Assembly (NCBI GenBank): GCA_036172245.1
Contig: JAYWIR010000018.1
Location: 62,001-126,000 of the forward strand
DNA length: 64,000 bases
Direction: 5' to 3'
Source: Raillietiella orientalis
Lineage: Eukaryota
Shown here: positions 37,601 through 47,685 of the stretch, piece after piece
How positions within the stretch are numbered: position 1 is the stretch's first letter
Layout of the letters: each line of letters starts with the position of its first letter
Program-made: the position numbers and the translations under genes
Notes under the pieces: generated by a model
What the model was told of the DNA's origin: nothing
What the model saw: the letters and a program-made list of their open reading frames with translations, nothing else
Databases searched by the model: none

Positions 37601-40600
37601 AGAGTGAAGGAGATGAGAAGAAGTGCTGAGAATTCTCTACACCTCCACATCAACGGCAGAAAGCATTCAGGAAATATTCCACTTCCCCCATCTCGCTCCC
37701 ACGAAATGAAGAGGTAACGCGAGAGCTGAGGATCGGCGCTAGTGAAGATGTGGACGCGGGTTCTTTGGGAAAGAGCCTCAAAGCATCACGCACATGGAAC
37801 AAAAATAGACTGGGTGTAAAGACGGCAAATCTGAGAATACCGTAAAGGACCGGTCCACACGCCATCCCATGCAATCCTTCTTTTCAGTCAGTGGAAGGAC
37901 TGGAGAGTCCTCCTGGAGAGCGTGGGAGCCGCCTGTGGCTCGCACACAGTCTGGAGGAATATTCAGCTCCCGAAGAACCCTATCTCACTTCGGATCCGCC
38001 ACCCAACCCCGCGACCCGGTGACAGCTACGAGCTAATGCTCGAGTTCCTGAGGGCAAAGCAGAGAAGGCCAGGCTTTCCTCCTTTTCTTTCGTGTCTTCC
38101 TTGGTGCCATGCTGCCATGCTGCGCCTTTGGGTGCCCAGCGCGGCCCTGCATTACGATGTGGAGGTTTCCTTCTCCAGGGACGCATGTGATGCATCAGCA
38201 ATGACCTCGCTTTCGGCATTTCTTGACCTCTGTCCAGGGAATATCATCCTGTGTCATCTTGGCACACTCGGTCGAGGTCGCCCTGACTCCTGATGCAGGG
38301 CTGGCGACGTCTCGATCAAAGAGGCTCCTGGAAGCCTCTCGTCCCGTTTTCAATTCAGATTTCGAAGGAAAGACTGGTCATCTCCCCCTCCTACCCACCC
38401 AATCTGTTGACTAGACGCCCTTCCACGTGACACGCGCTGAATTTCCCATGCACGTACGCGCGGGGAAGGGAGCTGACTTTCAAAGAATGGGCCCATCCTC
38501 TCGACTGCAGGGGACTGCGCCCCTGCCTACGGATAGTCGACCTCCACTCCATCTTCCTCCTTCTCCGCGCACACCCTTCAGGGATTCCTTTCTGCTAGGA
38601 ACTGCGTCGGCGTCCGGTGCCACGTTATCTCCCCCAGCAGCGCCGGAGGGGGCGAGCGGAAGCCATGCGGGTAGGGCACGCAAGTCTTACCTAGGAATGT
38701 TCAGCCTTCCTCCTCTTTCCCCTATGCTCCAGATCTCTCCGAACCCACTCAGGAGCATGGACCCCTTGATCAGAACAGCTAGCATGGATGCGTATATAAG
38801 GAACGCCTGGAAGCTTCGTTTCCTCCGAGTACTTTTCGAAGGACTCACCTGTATGGCATCCGTCACCAGCACTCCCTTGATCCCTCCCATCGCCGAATAG
38901 ATGGTGCACACCGCTCCGACCACGATGACGGCCGTCTCCACGGTCACCTCAGACACTGTGGACAGAGCCAGGGACGGGGTGTACAGGGCCACTCCCAGGT
39001 ACAGAGTCGTCTGCAGGACGTAAATCAGACTGACGGATGTGCGAAGGGTTCTCCCGAATCTCCTGCCGAGGTACTTGGAAAGGAAAAAATGAAAAATGGA
39101 AGGCTCATCCAAGGGGAAAGAAGTGAAAGGGTGGGGAGAGAGGGAAAGAAACCACCTGGCAGGCGCACGGGCTACGTCGGTTGGCTGTCTTGGGGCTGAG
39201 CCGCTTTGGAGCTCTGCAATGCTCTTCCGCGGGCACCTTTCGAGTCTTTCTTTCCCCTCTCCTCCCTCTAGCCTTCGTTTGAGAGGGCACGGCTGAGGAG
39301 GCAGGAAAAGGGAGAAAGAAATGCCAGAGAAGCATCTCTGAGCGGCCTACAGTGACCTGCAGTGCACACAGCTGCTTTCTGCAGATCCGGCCGCTGTCCG
39401 GAGGAACCAGACGGATCGCGCACGCGCAGACCGACCCACACTGCTTCTCTGCCAGACAGCAAGGGCAAAGTGAGTGGGTGTTTTTTCTTTCCGTCAAACG
39501 AGCAGCTGAGGTCCCATGACTTCGGGCTTCTCCCTTCTGCTCTCCTCCATCTGCAGTACGAGCGCGGAGCAGCCAGAAGAACTCTAGAGGGTGGATCCCG
39601 TCGTCGACGTCATTCTCGAGACGGGTCGCTGCCGCACGTTGTATGCATCACTGCGAGTACGGCATTTGGTCTCCGGGAACGGCACGATCCCAGATCTCCT
39701 TCCGGTGTGGAGACCGAATCTTGTCCTTCGAAGGCGCGATCTGGTCTCCATCCTTGGCGCGCAATTGGCGCGTGTGTCGCTCCGAACAAAAGCCTGAGGC
39801 GAGAGAGAGAGGGGGAGATGCAGGAGAAGCATCCCGAGGATTGATGCTTCTCCCACGTCCTCTCCCTCTCCCTCTGTCCGCGTTCTGACAGCTGGTTCCC
39901 TTGGTCCTTGGCACTTCCCCGTTGCTCGGTTTTTGGTATCCGAGAACCAGGTAAGTGCCACAGGAGTCGGGCGTCCCTTGGACGTAGGTGGTCACGACGC
40001 ACAAGCTCATTCCACATCCGAAAAACATTTACTGGACACATCCCCTGCCCTTGAGATGGATGCTGCTAAGCAGCCAAGAGGAAAAACAAAGATGAAACCA
40101 TCGCTTCCACGTTTCTACGCGATGTTCTGCCAGGCAGGCCGTCCAGACTTGTTGAAACAGACTTCCGTCATTTCCCTGATAGCGCTTTCCCTTTGAGGAG
40201 GAAAAATCTGTCCTTAGCAGTCCAGTGGCTGCTGTCCCAAAGAAACGCCGCCCCATCCCCCAGCCCAAGACTGGTGTCTCCTCTTTGAAGAAACAGGCAA
40301 GTTTGTTCCCTACACGACAAGATACACCTAGCCTCCACCAATAAAGAAACTTTCGCACCTCCTGGACCCGCCATCTTTCAGGGGCGCGTCCGTCTGGAAT
40401 CGTCCTGGGGACGACTGACTTTGTTCGGGAAGAACGAAAGCAGCGCACCTGGAAAGGGCTCGAGCCCTCTCTGGCGGCCGTTTGGTCGCAGTCTCCGCGC
40501 GTTGCGGGTTCAAGTTCAACAGTTGTGGGTTGGAATCCTGCCGGTGGAGGGAAGGATCGAAGACGCTAGGGACAGGAAGGATATGTCGTCGTGGGTTTTG

Positions 40601-43600
40601 AATTCCCATAGCCGGTTAGCCTACTTGAGTGCGGCACTGGTAGAAGACGGAAACCTAACGTCTCGTTGACTGGCTGGAACTGGAAGTTGGCACTCTCAGG
40701 GTTCAACTTCCAGTCGTCTATGGAGCTCGTTGATCAAATAGATTATCACCAGAGTGTCGAGAAGTGCTCTTCGAAGAGAGTCCCTCAGAGAAAATAAGGA
40801 AGGGTCCCTTCGGGGTTCTCTTCAGAGGAAGAGAAAACAAGGAGCGGTTCCCTCGCTGGTTTCCCTCCGGAGTAGAAACGAGGAGTGGCTCCCACAAACT
40901 GCGGATGGTCTCTGCGAAGCGAATAAGGAAGAGGTTTCCTCTGGAGGTTCTTGGGAGACAACCAGGGCGAGGTAACTTCCCAAGCAAGAGGGGAACTGGA
41001 CTGCTTCCTCCAGAGTTCCTCGATTCATAGGGTGGTGACTCTGGCTATTTGCTCCGAGTCCTTCCAACAAACAGAATCAAGGAGTCGGGTTCTCTTCCGA
41101 TAGTGCAAAAGGGATAGTGGAAAGGAGCGGATCCCCTCTCCTTAAAAGGGAACCTCCATCTCGTACCATGGAAGCCGGTCTGGTGTGGATACCTCTCCAG
41201 AGTGCAGAGAAGCGGGCTGCTCCCTTAGGAAGCGCCCTTCTGAGAAATTTCGAAAGCGTCTCTTCAGTGGAGGAGCGAACAAACAGCTAGGATTCATAGG
41301 GTGGTCTCTTTCCGGCGTGCCCCCTATCTTGAAGAATTACACGCACCTTTCGTTCGCATGGAACAGTGTCAAAGAGCTGCGTGAGCTGCCAGGCGCGGAC
41401 GGTTCTTCAGATACTTGACGCACCCCAAAAAAGGACAACTCAGAAAGAAAAAAAGATGGAGGGGAACAGCAAAGACAGAGAAGAAAAGAAGAATCCAAAA
41501 GGATTTCCATAATTGGCCTCTTCGCAACAGAGAGGACGTTTCCCTCATTCTGAAGACGCACCTGCTGATTTCCAAAAATCTTCTCAGGGAGCAAAAACAC
41601 GGAAGGGGAGCTCTTAAAAAGGAGGCAGTGCTCGTAAATGTAAATGACCTACCACTACCACCTAGTCCTAGAAGATGCCCGAAACATGGCTATTCGTTTA
41701 GGTGCTCGATGCTAGTCATCCGCAGTTTCTTAGGAAAAAGAAATCAAAGGCTGCAGGTTTCTGGGATTGAAGCAGTCGACGACAAAACAAAGCTGCATGT
41801 CTGCTTAGTAGAGCGCACGAAGACGGGGAGGAAAGCAGTCTTGCCGTTCAGTTAGACCTCGAACAAGCCGGAAATCGAGCACCCAAGGACTCCGAGGTGT
41901 ACCGAGAGAGACTGTGAAATGAAAAAAGCTTCGCAGAGCGTGACAGAAGTGAGGAAATGTTCCTACATTGGGAGAGCTGCTTTTATCTGAAAGTACGGTA
42001 ATACGGTAATAACAAGCGAGCGAGGTGTTTTCCCGACGGTAACCAGAAGTTCTGTTCCCTTCAGGATTCAGTCGCAACTCCCGCAACAGCCGAATACTCA
42101 TAAGAACTGAAGACACAAGATTCCAGCACTAGGGATCAAGGGTACAAGATTTGCAACCATGAAGCCCGAAAATCTTTTAACCTCAGAAGAATGGTTTCAA
42201 TAGTTTGCAGTCCGCTTTCTTAGAGGCTGAATTTCTTGGAAGGTTTGCCTTCAAACCCATTTAGCAGCACTTGACAGACGAATCTGGGTTCTCTTTCGAA
42301 CACTTCTTCTAGCGGATCAAGAAGGAATCTTCCAATTATCAAAGCACTTCACCTCTTCCGGAAATGCCAATTCCCTTTTGAGATGACCGGTGCAAAAGCA
42401 AACAAGCAAACAAACTTCCCAAAGCTCAGTGAGGGAGGAAATCCCGATGCAAATATCATCCGACATGATGCACGCTATGACGAACTGTGAGCGTGAAGCG
42501 AGTGTCGCTCAAGCAAACGAATGGGCAGGCGAATGACCCTGGAAACGAGAGACTTGCTACGAGAGCGAAAACTCAGATAGAGATGTCCAGTGAAGAATAG
42601 AGGGTTCAAACTTCTTGTGTTTAGCCGGCGATCGACGTGTTCTTTGGAACCGTGAAGTTCGGTGAGCAGCTGTGGAAATATGCAGGATACAGAAAGGATG
42701 ACGAAGGAATGAAAGCTGCCCTCGAATCGGGTGCAAGCTAATTCCCGGGAAGTTCGGCCGTTCTGCATCCTCGGGAATCATTGGGATGCATGACTCAGCA
42801 TTGGGAGGCGGCAACGCTGTGGAACCTTAGGAGGCTCTGATGCAGAACCGCAAGCAGTCAGTCTTAAGCTAAAACATGGGCGCTCTCCTATTCCTTAAGC
42901 AAAGCGACCCTGGAGACAAGCAGACAGAGTCACGCTTCCACCTTTTACCCTCCATCCGATAACGCCGGAAGCTATTGACTCGATTTCCTACGGAAGCGCT
43001 CTAGAGAACCAGAGGACCACTCTTTTGCTTGGTCCGATCATTTCCTCAGGACAAGACCGGGGCCTGATTGCCGACGCAGGCTCCTCTATAGTCAGGATTG
43101 CACCTCTACTTTTACGTGTCTAAGTAGCAGCCGCGTGCTTGCCCGTAGTGCGACTTGTTCGATCTGACGCTAAGCACGATTTCGAATCCTCTTCTTTCTG
43201 TGGCACCATCTCCATTCGTATTATCTGTGCCCTCTGAATTGTTAGAAGAAGAACTGGATCCGGGACAGTGCGAGTCATCTAAAGGTGCCTCTTAGCTCTA
43301 GGAAGGAGCATCTGCTCGACACCAGATGCATCTATTCCTACACGGACGCGCGCCTGAAAAAGCCGAAAAGCCAACGGAGCAAGCGTGGGCAGCTCGTGCC
43401 TCTCTGTGTGCAACGAAAAACTGACTTACTTCGTACAAACTGATGCTGCTCTCTTTGAAGAACACGGGGACAAAGAGATAGGCCATTATCGGGGTGCCCA
43501 ACAGGAAGCCAATGTTGATAAACACGAACTTGGCTCCATAGAGGTAGATCTCCGAGGTCACTCCAATCAGTGTGATTGCTGATAGCAGACTGACCATAAG

Positions 43601-45676
43601 AGACAGTGCAACGGTCAGGACATTCATGTCGGCATTACCCAGGAAGTATTCCTTGAAAGACAAACAGGTAAGTGGAAACTTATCATTTGCTCTTGATTTG
43701 CCCGAATCAATTGAAATGTTTCAGCACTTGGCGTTTTGCCTTTGTCCTAGTAAACCAAGCGACATCCGTGCACCGCAGTGTTTGCTACTCTCTGCGCATC
43801 CAGTGTTTCGTCGCGCGTTTTCCTAAGTAATGCACCTCTCGCGTAAGCACGTGTCGCTGTAGTGCACGGCAGAGGAGCGCCGTGCGTCCTCTGAGGAAAA
43901 TCCATGCTGCCTGAAGTGGGACACTTCAGACACGGTCGAGTCCAGATCTGATTGGAAGGCAGATCTGCAAATAAATCGAGCCAGATGAGCGGAGATGCCC
44001 ACGGGATGGGGATCGGGTTCCGATTTCGTGTGCTTTTCGATCTCGAGATTTTTGTTTGCGCTGCATCCGTCTGGAGCTTTTAATACAGATATCGAAAGAA
44101 CTTCACGATAAACGGACGGGAGAAGCAAAGCAAAGTCACTCGATGCTGGATAATAAGATGCGACTCGGTCCAAGATAAAAGGATACAAATTGCATTTTGC
44201 TGCTGTCCGCAATTACGCAAGATAAAAGATAAGACAAAGAACTCGGGAACTTAAGTGGGTGACAGGTCAAAAAAAAAGAAAAAGAAAATCCGCTCCGTAG
44301 ACTCCATGAAAGAGCAAACAAACAGATACAGACGAGTGCGTCTTTTCGGAAGAAAATCGCGACTGGTGATCGGGATAATTATCTCTTTTCGCACCATTGA
44401 AGAAAGCGCGCAGGTGTTACTGGAACGAGTCGCTTTGACTTCTGTTCCCATGGGACGCAACTGGGAGGTCAGTGAAGTCACTTTTCTCGGAGGGATTTTG
44501 GAGGGCGGCATAGGAACGCAAAGAGAGACACTTCCAAGGATGGCAATCGAAAGAGTTCGTGACTCATCCCGCTGTTTCTCATGCCATCACGCCCGAGCAC
44601 TGAAAACAAGCAAACTAAAACAAAAAAACGCTCGCATGCAAAACCCGGTTTGTTGAAGAAAGAAACGAAAACGAAACCCATCTTTGCTGAACCTCGTCCG
44701 AAGGGAAGGAACACTTCCCGTGCACTGCCCCATGCACCTCCCATCCGAAGGGTCCGATGAGGATCGCACCAAAAATTTCCGCCCGCAGAAAATCCGACCC
44801 TCTGCATCGTGGACCAGGGAAAGTTCCGACCTGGAGGCTCCAGGTATACGGAAGTACAAACCGGGAACAGTTCCCACGTCAGCGTGGATTCGATGATTGG
44901 AACAGCGGCTTGACCAGGGATGCTCCCCAGAAAGGCAGTTACCCTGCGGGATGGGGGGACACTTGGTCAGTGATGCATTTGGGGATTGTCGGAGACCAGG
45001 ATCTGGCAGGAGGAACCGAAATCTCGATTCGCCGGCTCTGTTTCGGGACCGCTCCAAGTTTTCCCTTTTCCCCTTCTTTTCGAAAAAAGATGCCAGCAGA
45101 AGAGAAAATTCATGGGCACGAAATACAAATTCGATGAATTGTGCTTGTCTCATCGTAGGGATCAATTGAAATGATTCTTACGGATTCCGAGAAAATGAGT
45201 GATTCTCGTAGACAGAATCTTCAGATAGCTTTGCATGTTTTTCTTCTGTCTGCGAGGAAGAAAATGCAAAGCTATCTGAGCATCACATCATTACCTGGGA
45301 TGAAAAATACAATCAATAAAATTCTAGAAGTAAATGTATGCCGCATCGGCGGTTAATTTTTCATGCCTAGTGTGTGATTTTTTGAAGCCTTTTCTTTCTC
45401 GAGTGATTCGAAATTTGTGATAGGGATTTTTATGTAACTTCTTTCTTTTAAATAAAAACAGAGCTCTCGTGTCATTTTCTGAATGTTGAAAAGTTTTTTT
45501 CTTTTATTTTTTAGCTTTTTTTTGGGGGGGGGATGTCTTTATGATCAACTTTATGCACTTACTTTGGTCGTTTTTTGTTTGCCACCTGTGAATCGATAAT
45601 ACAGTCCAACACAAACTGAGAGCACATGTGACAAGATGAGCAGGACGTAATCCCACAGTTTGAGCGTCTTCTTCAT
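22394..45676 (-). CDS. Sodium:solute symporter (SLC5/SSF family), sodium-coupled monocarboxylate / multivitamin transporter-like; 10 exons, 547 aa
   Basis: Exons 45563-45676, 43430-43651, 38849-39073, 38691-38806, 33874-33993, 33673-33823, 31736-31882, 25767-25982, 25598-25722 and 22394-22601 sum to 1644 nt (548 codons including TAG), all GT..AG with consistent phases. SSF motifs: WDYV..GLYYRFTGGKQKTTKEYFLG, YEYLGRRF, GGIKGVLVTDAIQ, SQTQIQRLL, CDPM...PDQLLPFFV, LSTVSSGLNSVAA, GPILGAFVLG. Exact paralog not assignable. Confidence 0.93.
23540..25300 (+). mobile_element. Degenerate LINE reverse-transcriptase remnant in SLC5 intron 9
   Basis: Collinear decayed RT motifs: RPSS*RLL, RAFADVEQ, RCGVRHGAPP (GVRQGCPLS-like), YADEV(A/E)VAV (YADD-like at ~24064). 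Confidence 0.55.
24044..24637 (+). repeat. Inverted repeat, left arm (~594 nt); partner at 30294-30887
   Basis: Direct comparison: 24191-24610 is the reverse complement of 30321-30740 at 418/420 positions with no indel; flanks are more diverged. Confidence 0.97.
25598..25982 (-). CDS. SLC5 transporter exons 8-9 (44-nt intron 25723-25766)
   Basis: ILLKK...GGVLKMTQIILGALGGPILGAFVLGIFFSSANEV | GALSGMAICFGFCSWIAFMG...TSGCNASFTF. Confidence 0.9.
26320..26480 (-). mobile_element. tRNA-derived SINE-like heads (two tandem B-box copies)
   Basis: GAAGCGGGTTCGAATCCTGAC (~26423-26443) and GAAGCGGGTTCGAGTCCTGAC (~26326-26346) on the minus strand; no complete cloverleaf. Confidence 0.5.
27060..29400 (+). 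mobile_element. Degenerate Ty3/Gypsy pol remnant (RT, RNase H, integrase) in SLC5 intron 7
   Basis: KKCVKALRMVVDF (RT start), YRFPDP..AEQFSGC, RNase H ..LLVNLLASL...WTADHKVL..., GTVNPLA, integrase-like VHGDTDGR; many stops and frameshifts; no LTR pair found. Confidence 0.6.
30294..30887 (-). repeat. Inverted repeat, right arm; partner at 24044-24637
   Basis: As for the left arm; near-identical spurious ORF translations appear on opposite strands in the ORF track. Confidence 0.97.
31736..31882 (-). CDS. SLC5 transporter exon 7
   Basis: LLPFFVMETMGDIPGLVGLFFSGLFSAGLSTVSSGLNSVAAIIYNDFLL; CAG acceptor, GTAAG donor. Confidence 0.93.
33673..33993 (-). CDS. SLC5 transporter exons 5-6 (50-nt intron 33824-33873)
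   Basis: LSYDLTIRYSFGSLIVGG...SQTQIQRLLTAK | NLKHAQISLW...YCDPMLQGSIEKPDQ. Confidence 0.92.
34450..34730 (-). mobile_element. Tc1/mariner transposase C-terminal remnant
   Basis: IQKLKWELFDHPPYSP...DYHVFLHLQKWL...NGDYV.E, the diagnostic mariner HPPYSPDL..DY.LF and GDY.E motifs; frameshifted. Confidence 0.85.
35000..37200 (-). mobile_element. Degenerate L1/Tx1-like LINE ORF2 (endonuclease to RT) in SLC5 intron 4
   Basis: Decayed motifs in the expected order: VGILRACAP (xxYAP-like), SLGPRGL...LRRTLNTMF (PGPDG-like), CQRKVFRDL (EKAFDRV-like), QGRCPS. Confidence 0.45.
38691..39073 (-). CDS. SLC5 transporter exons 3-4 (42-nt intron 38807-38848)
   Basis: YLGRRFG...GGIKGVLVTDAIQ | AFLIYASML...GGRLNIP; GTGAGT and GTAAG donors. 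Confidence 0.92.
40470..40720 (+). mobile_element. tRNA-derived SINE-like element
   Basis: A-box-like TGGCGGCCGTTTGG (~40472) and B-box-like GTGGGTTGGAATCCTGC (~40525); strong 3' hairpin at 40679-40714. Confidence 0.4.
40770..41520 (+). repeat. Dispersed modular repeat with internal ~38-47 nt subunits; related copies at 18650-18790, 48240-48465 and 49500-49930
   Basis: Shared blocks seen by eye: AATAAGGAAGAGG..CC..GGAGACAACCAGGGCGAG (18735-18785 / 40922-40972); GTACCATGGA..CCTCTCCAGAGTG..AGCGCC..GAGAAATTT (41163-41250 / 49564-49658); CCCTATCTTGAAGAAT..ACGCACCTT..GCATGGAAC.GTG..AAAGAG (41322-41376 / 48262-48319). Confidence 0.75.
41550..42800 (-). mobile_element. Degenerate Ty3/Gypsy RT-RNase H remnant in SLC5 intron 2
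   Basis: CIMSDDICI (YxDD-like), PLVLESCVFSSYE (L.TDAS.YG-like), EGNRTSGYRR...; multiple stops. Confidence 0.5.
43430..43651 (-). CDS. SLC5 transporter exon 2
   Basis: EYFLGNADMNVLTVALSLMVSLLSAITLIG...SISLYE; AG acceptor, GTAAG donor. Confidence 0.92.
45563..45676 (-). CDS. SLC5 transporter coding exon 1 (MKKTLKLWDYVLLILSHVLSVCVGLYYRFTGGKQKTTK)
   Basis: ATG at 45676; AAA|GTAAG donor; typical SMCT N-terminus. Absent from the supplied ORF track. Confidence 0.88.
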
Positions 45677-47651
45677 GATCACGGAAAGTCAGGATGGTGG
45701 TTTTCACTCTGGAAACACAAGTAGCATGAAAATTAACTGAAAATCAATGTAGCGATGGAAGAAGGGTGGTCTGCATCTTCCGTTCTTTCACCGAAGCAGA
45801 CGACCCGGAAGCAAGGATTGCGGATAATGGAAACACTCGAGCCGAGAGTGACCTCAGCTTCAGAAACTTTCACCGCGGCCGCCTCTGGCTGTTCTCGCTT
45901 TTTAAAACGAGGTGTGCTGTAAAGTGTTTGTTTTGCTTGTTTCGAGTTGGCTTGGGTGTTCCTAGAGTGCGACTTGGATTCTCGCGAGCATCGCATTTTC
46001 TATCCAATAGAATCGTGGCAAGGGAGTCTCCATCAGGTATTCACTTATCCATCTACCTTTTTTTGAAAGAAAAATTGAATTTCTATCAAGGGAAGTGTGA
46101 GGCTTCACGATGCCTCTTGCTCGGAAGCTGGAATAAATGGATGCAGCATTGGAAGACCGAAAGTAGTGACTGCTGATACACATCCTCTTGGGGATTCATT
46201 CAAGGGGCAGGCTGATGGCTTGCCTTGGATGCTGAGAAATGTTGCAAATGGCAGCATTTTCCAGGGATTCCAGTGCTATTTGCTACTTTCCATTGAGTTG
46301 CCACTGAGTCGGTTACCAAGTGCACATAACCCAAGAGCAGACCATGAAGCTGGCAGATTGACAAACTACAAAAGTGTCTTCAATGACAATGAAGCGCATA
46401 AACCTTATCAACAAACACGACGCATTGGAAGAAACAACAAGGAAAGCAATAGAATTGGAATATCTGGTATTTGGCATATTAAAAAAAACACCCACACACA
46501 CCTTATAGCTTTATGAAGAGACAACTTCATCATAAAAACCCAACAGCGATGAACGGTGAACTACCAAAGGAACCGCTTTGCTTCCATCGGTGGAAGAACC
46601 AGACAGCTTAAAAAACAGCACCAAAAACGCTGAAAGCAAGTGGAAGAAAGGGCCGGTATCCGGATGAGATCACCAAGCAAGTCAATTCAAAGTCGGGAGC
46701 ACTAAACAGAGAAGCGGGGCGGCAGTGGAGAACGGGTGCGGTCTGGAACCTGAAGGAAAAATTGCCAGACGCTCTACTTGGCTACCGACTACTTCGCAGC
46801 ATGCAGAAAGTTGTGAGCCCATCGGCGGTTCGAATTCTTTCCTGTAGGTGAGATCAGGCCTCCGTTTTCATCTTCAAAATGGTCTCTGTTTTCAGTTTGC
46901 AAAGTCCTTCCTATTTGAGAGTGGCCAAGCGCGAGTAGCCAACGAAGGGGCAGAAATTTCTTCTGCAGAAACTTCAAGCCAAGGCGCGACCAGCAAGAGT
47001 GCGTACAGCTTCGCGAGGATGTCGTTGAATTCGAATGTGAGTTGCCGTGACTGCGCGGTTCCTGCTCGTGTCGTGAGCGGCACCCTGTTGTTCACCCTCT
47101 CAGCGCGCCTGCATTTCCTGAACCGTCGCGAAGGGAAGTCTCCCTGGAAGGGTGTAATTCAGGTCTCTGAGCCGCCGCCGCGTGTTCTTTCTCAGTGCTT
47201 GAACGCATGGGGTGTCCTTTAAAGGACTGTAAAGAAGCGCAGAGACCACCGAAAGAACTTGCTACATCACTGGCTTTTGCATTGATGCTTCATGCTCGTT
47301 TGCTCCATCCTCAACTCGAGTGACCGGTGATGCACGATGGACTTAGCGGCCGAACGAAATAACAGGGCCAGAGGGGGGATCTGTCTTCGGATGTTTGCTC
47401 GTTACGGCAACGCATGCAACGAACAAGTCATGGTATTCGCGTCCACAACTCACACCACAGAACTTGGTCCACGTTTCCGCATTCCGACAGCAATCGCTTT
47501 CATCACGTGGGAATGGGGGAAGCAGGAAAACAAGCCGTCAGAGAATAAGACTGAAAATCATCACTCATGGGAAACTGGACTTGGGAATATATATTTTTTT
47601 TTGGCAAGTACTCTAACCAGATCCGTAAATGTGCAGTTTCCGACTAGAAGG

Positions 47652-47684
<33 letters not shown>

Positions 47685-47685
47685 A
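47652..47685. repeat. T13-A21 homopolymer junction
   Basis: Seen directly. Confidence 0.9.

Noticed and set aside
40770..40975. CRISPR-like array of ~40-nt units with hairpins
   Set aside because: Units are diverged along their whole length with no repeat/spacer alternation; there are no cas genes and the context is eukaryotic.
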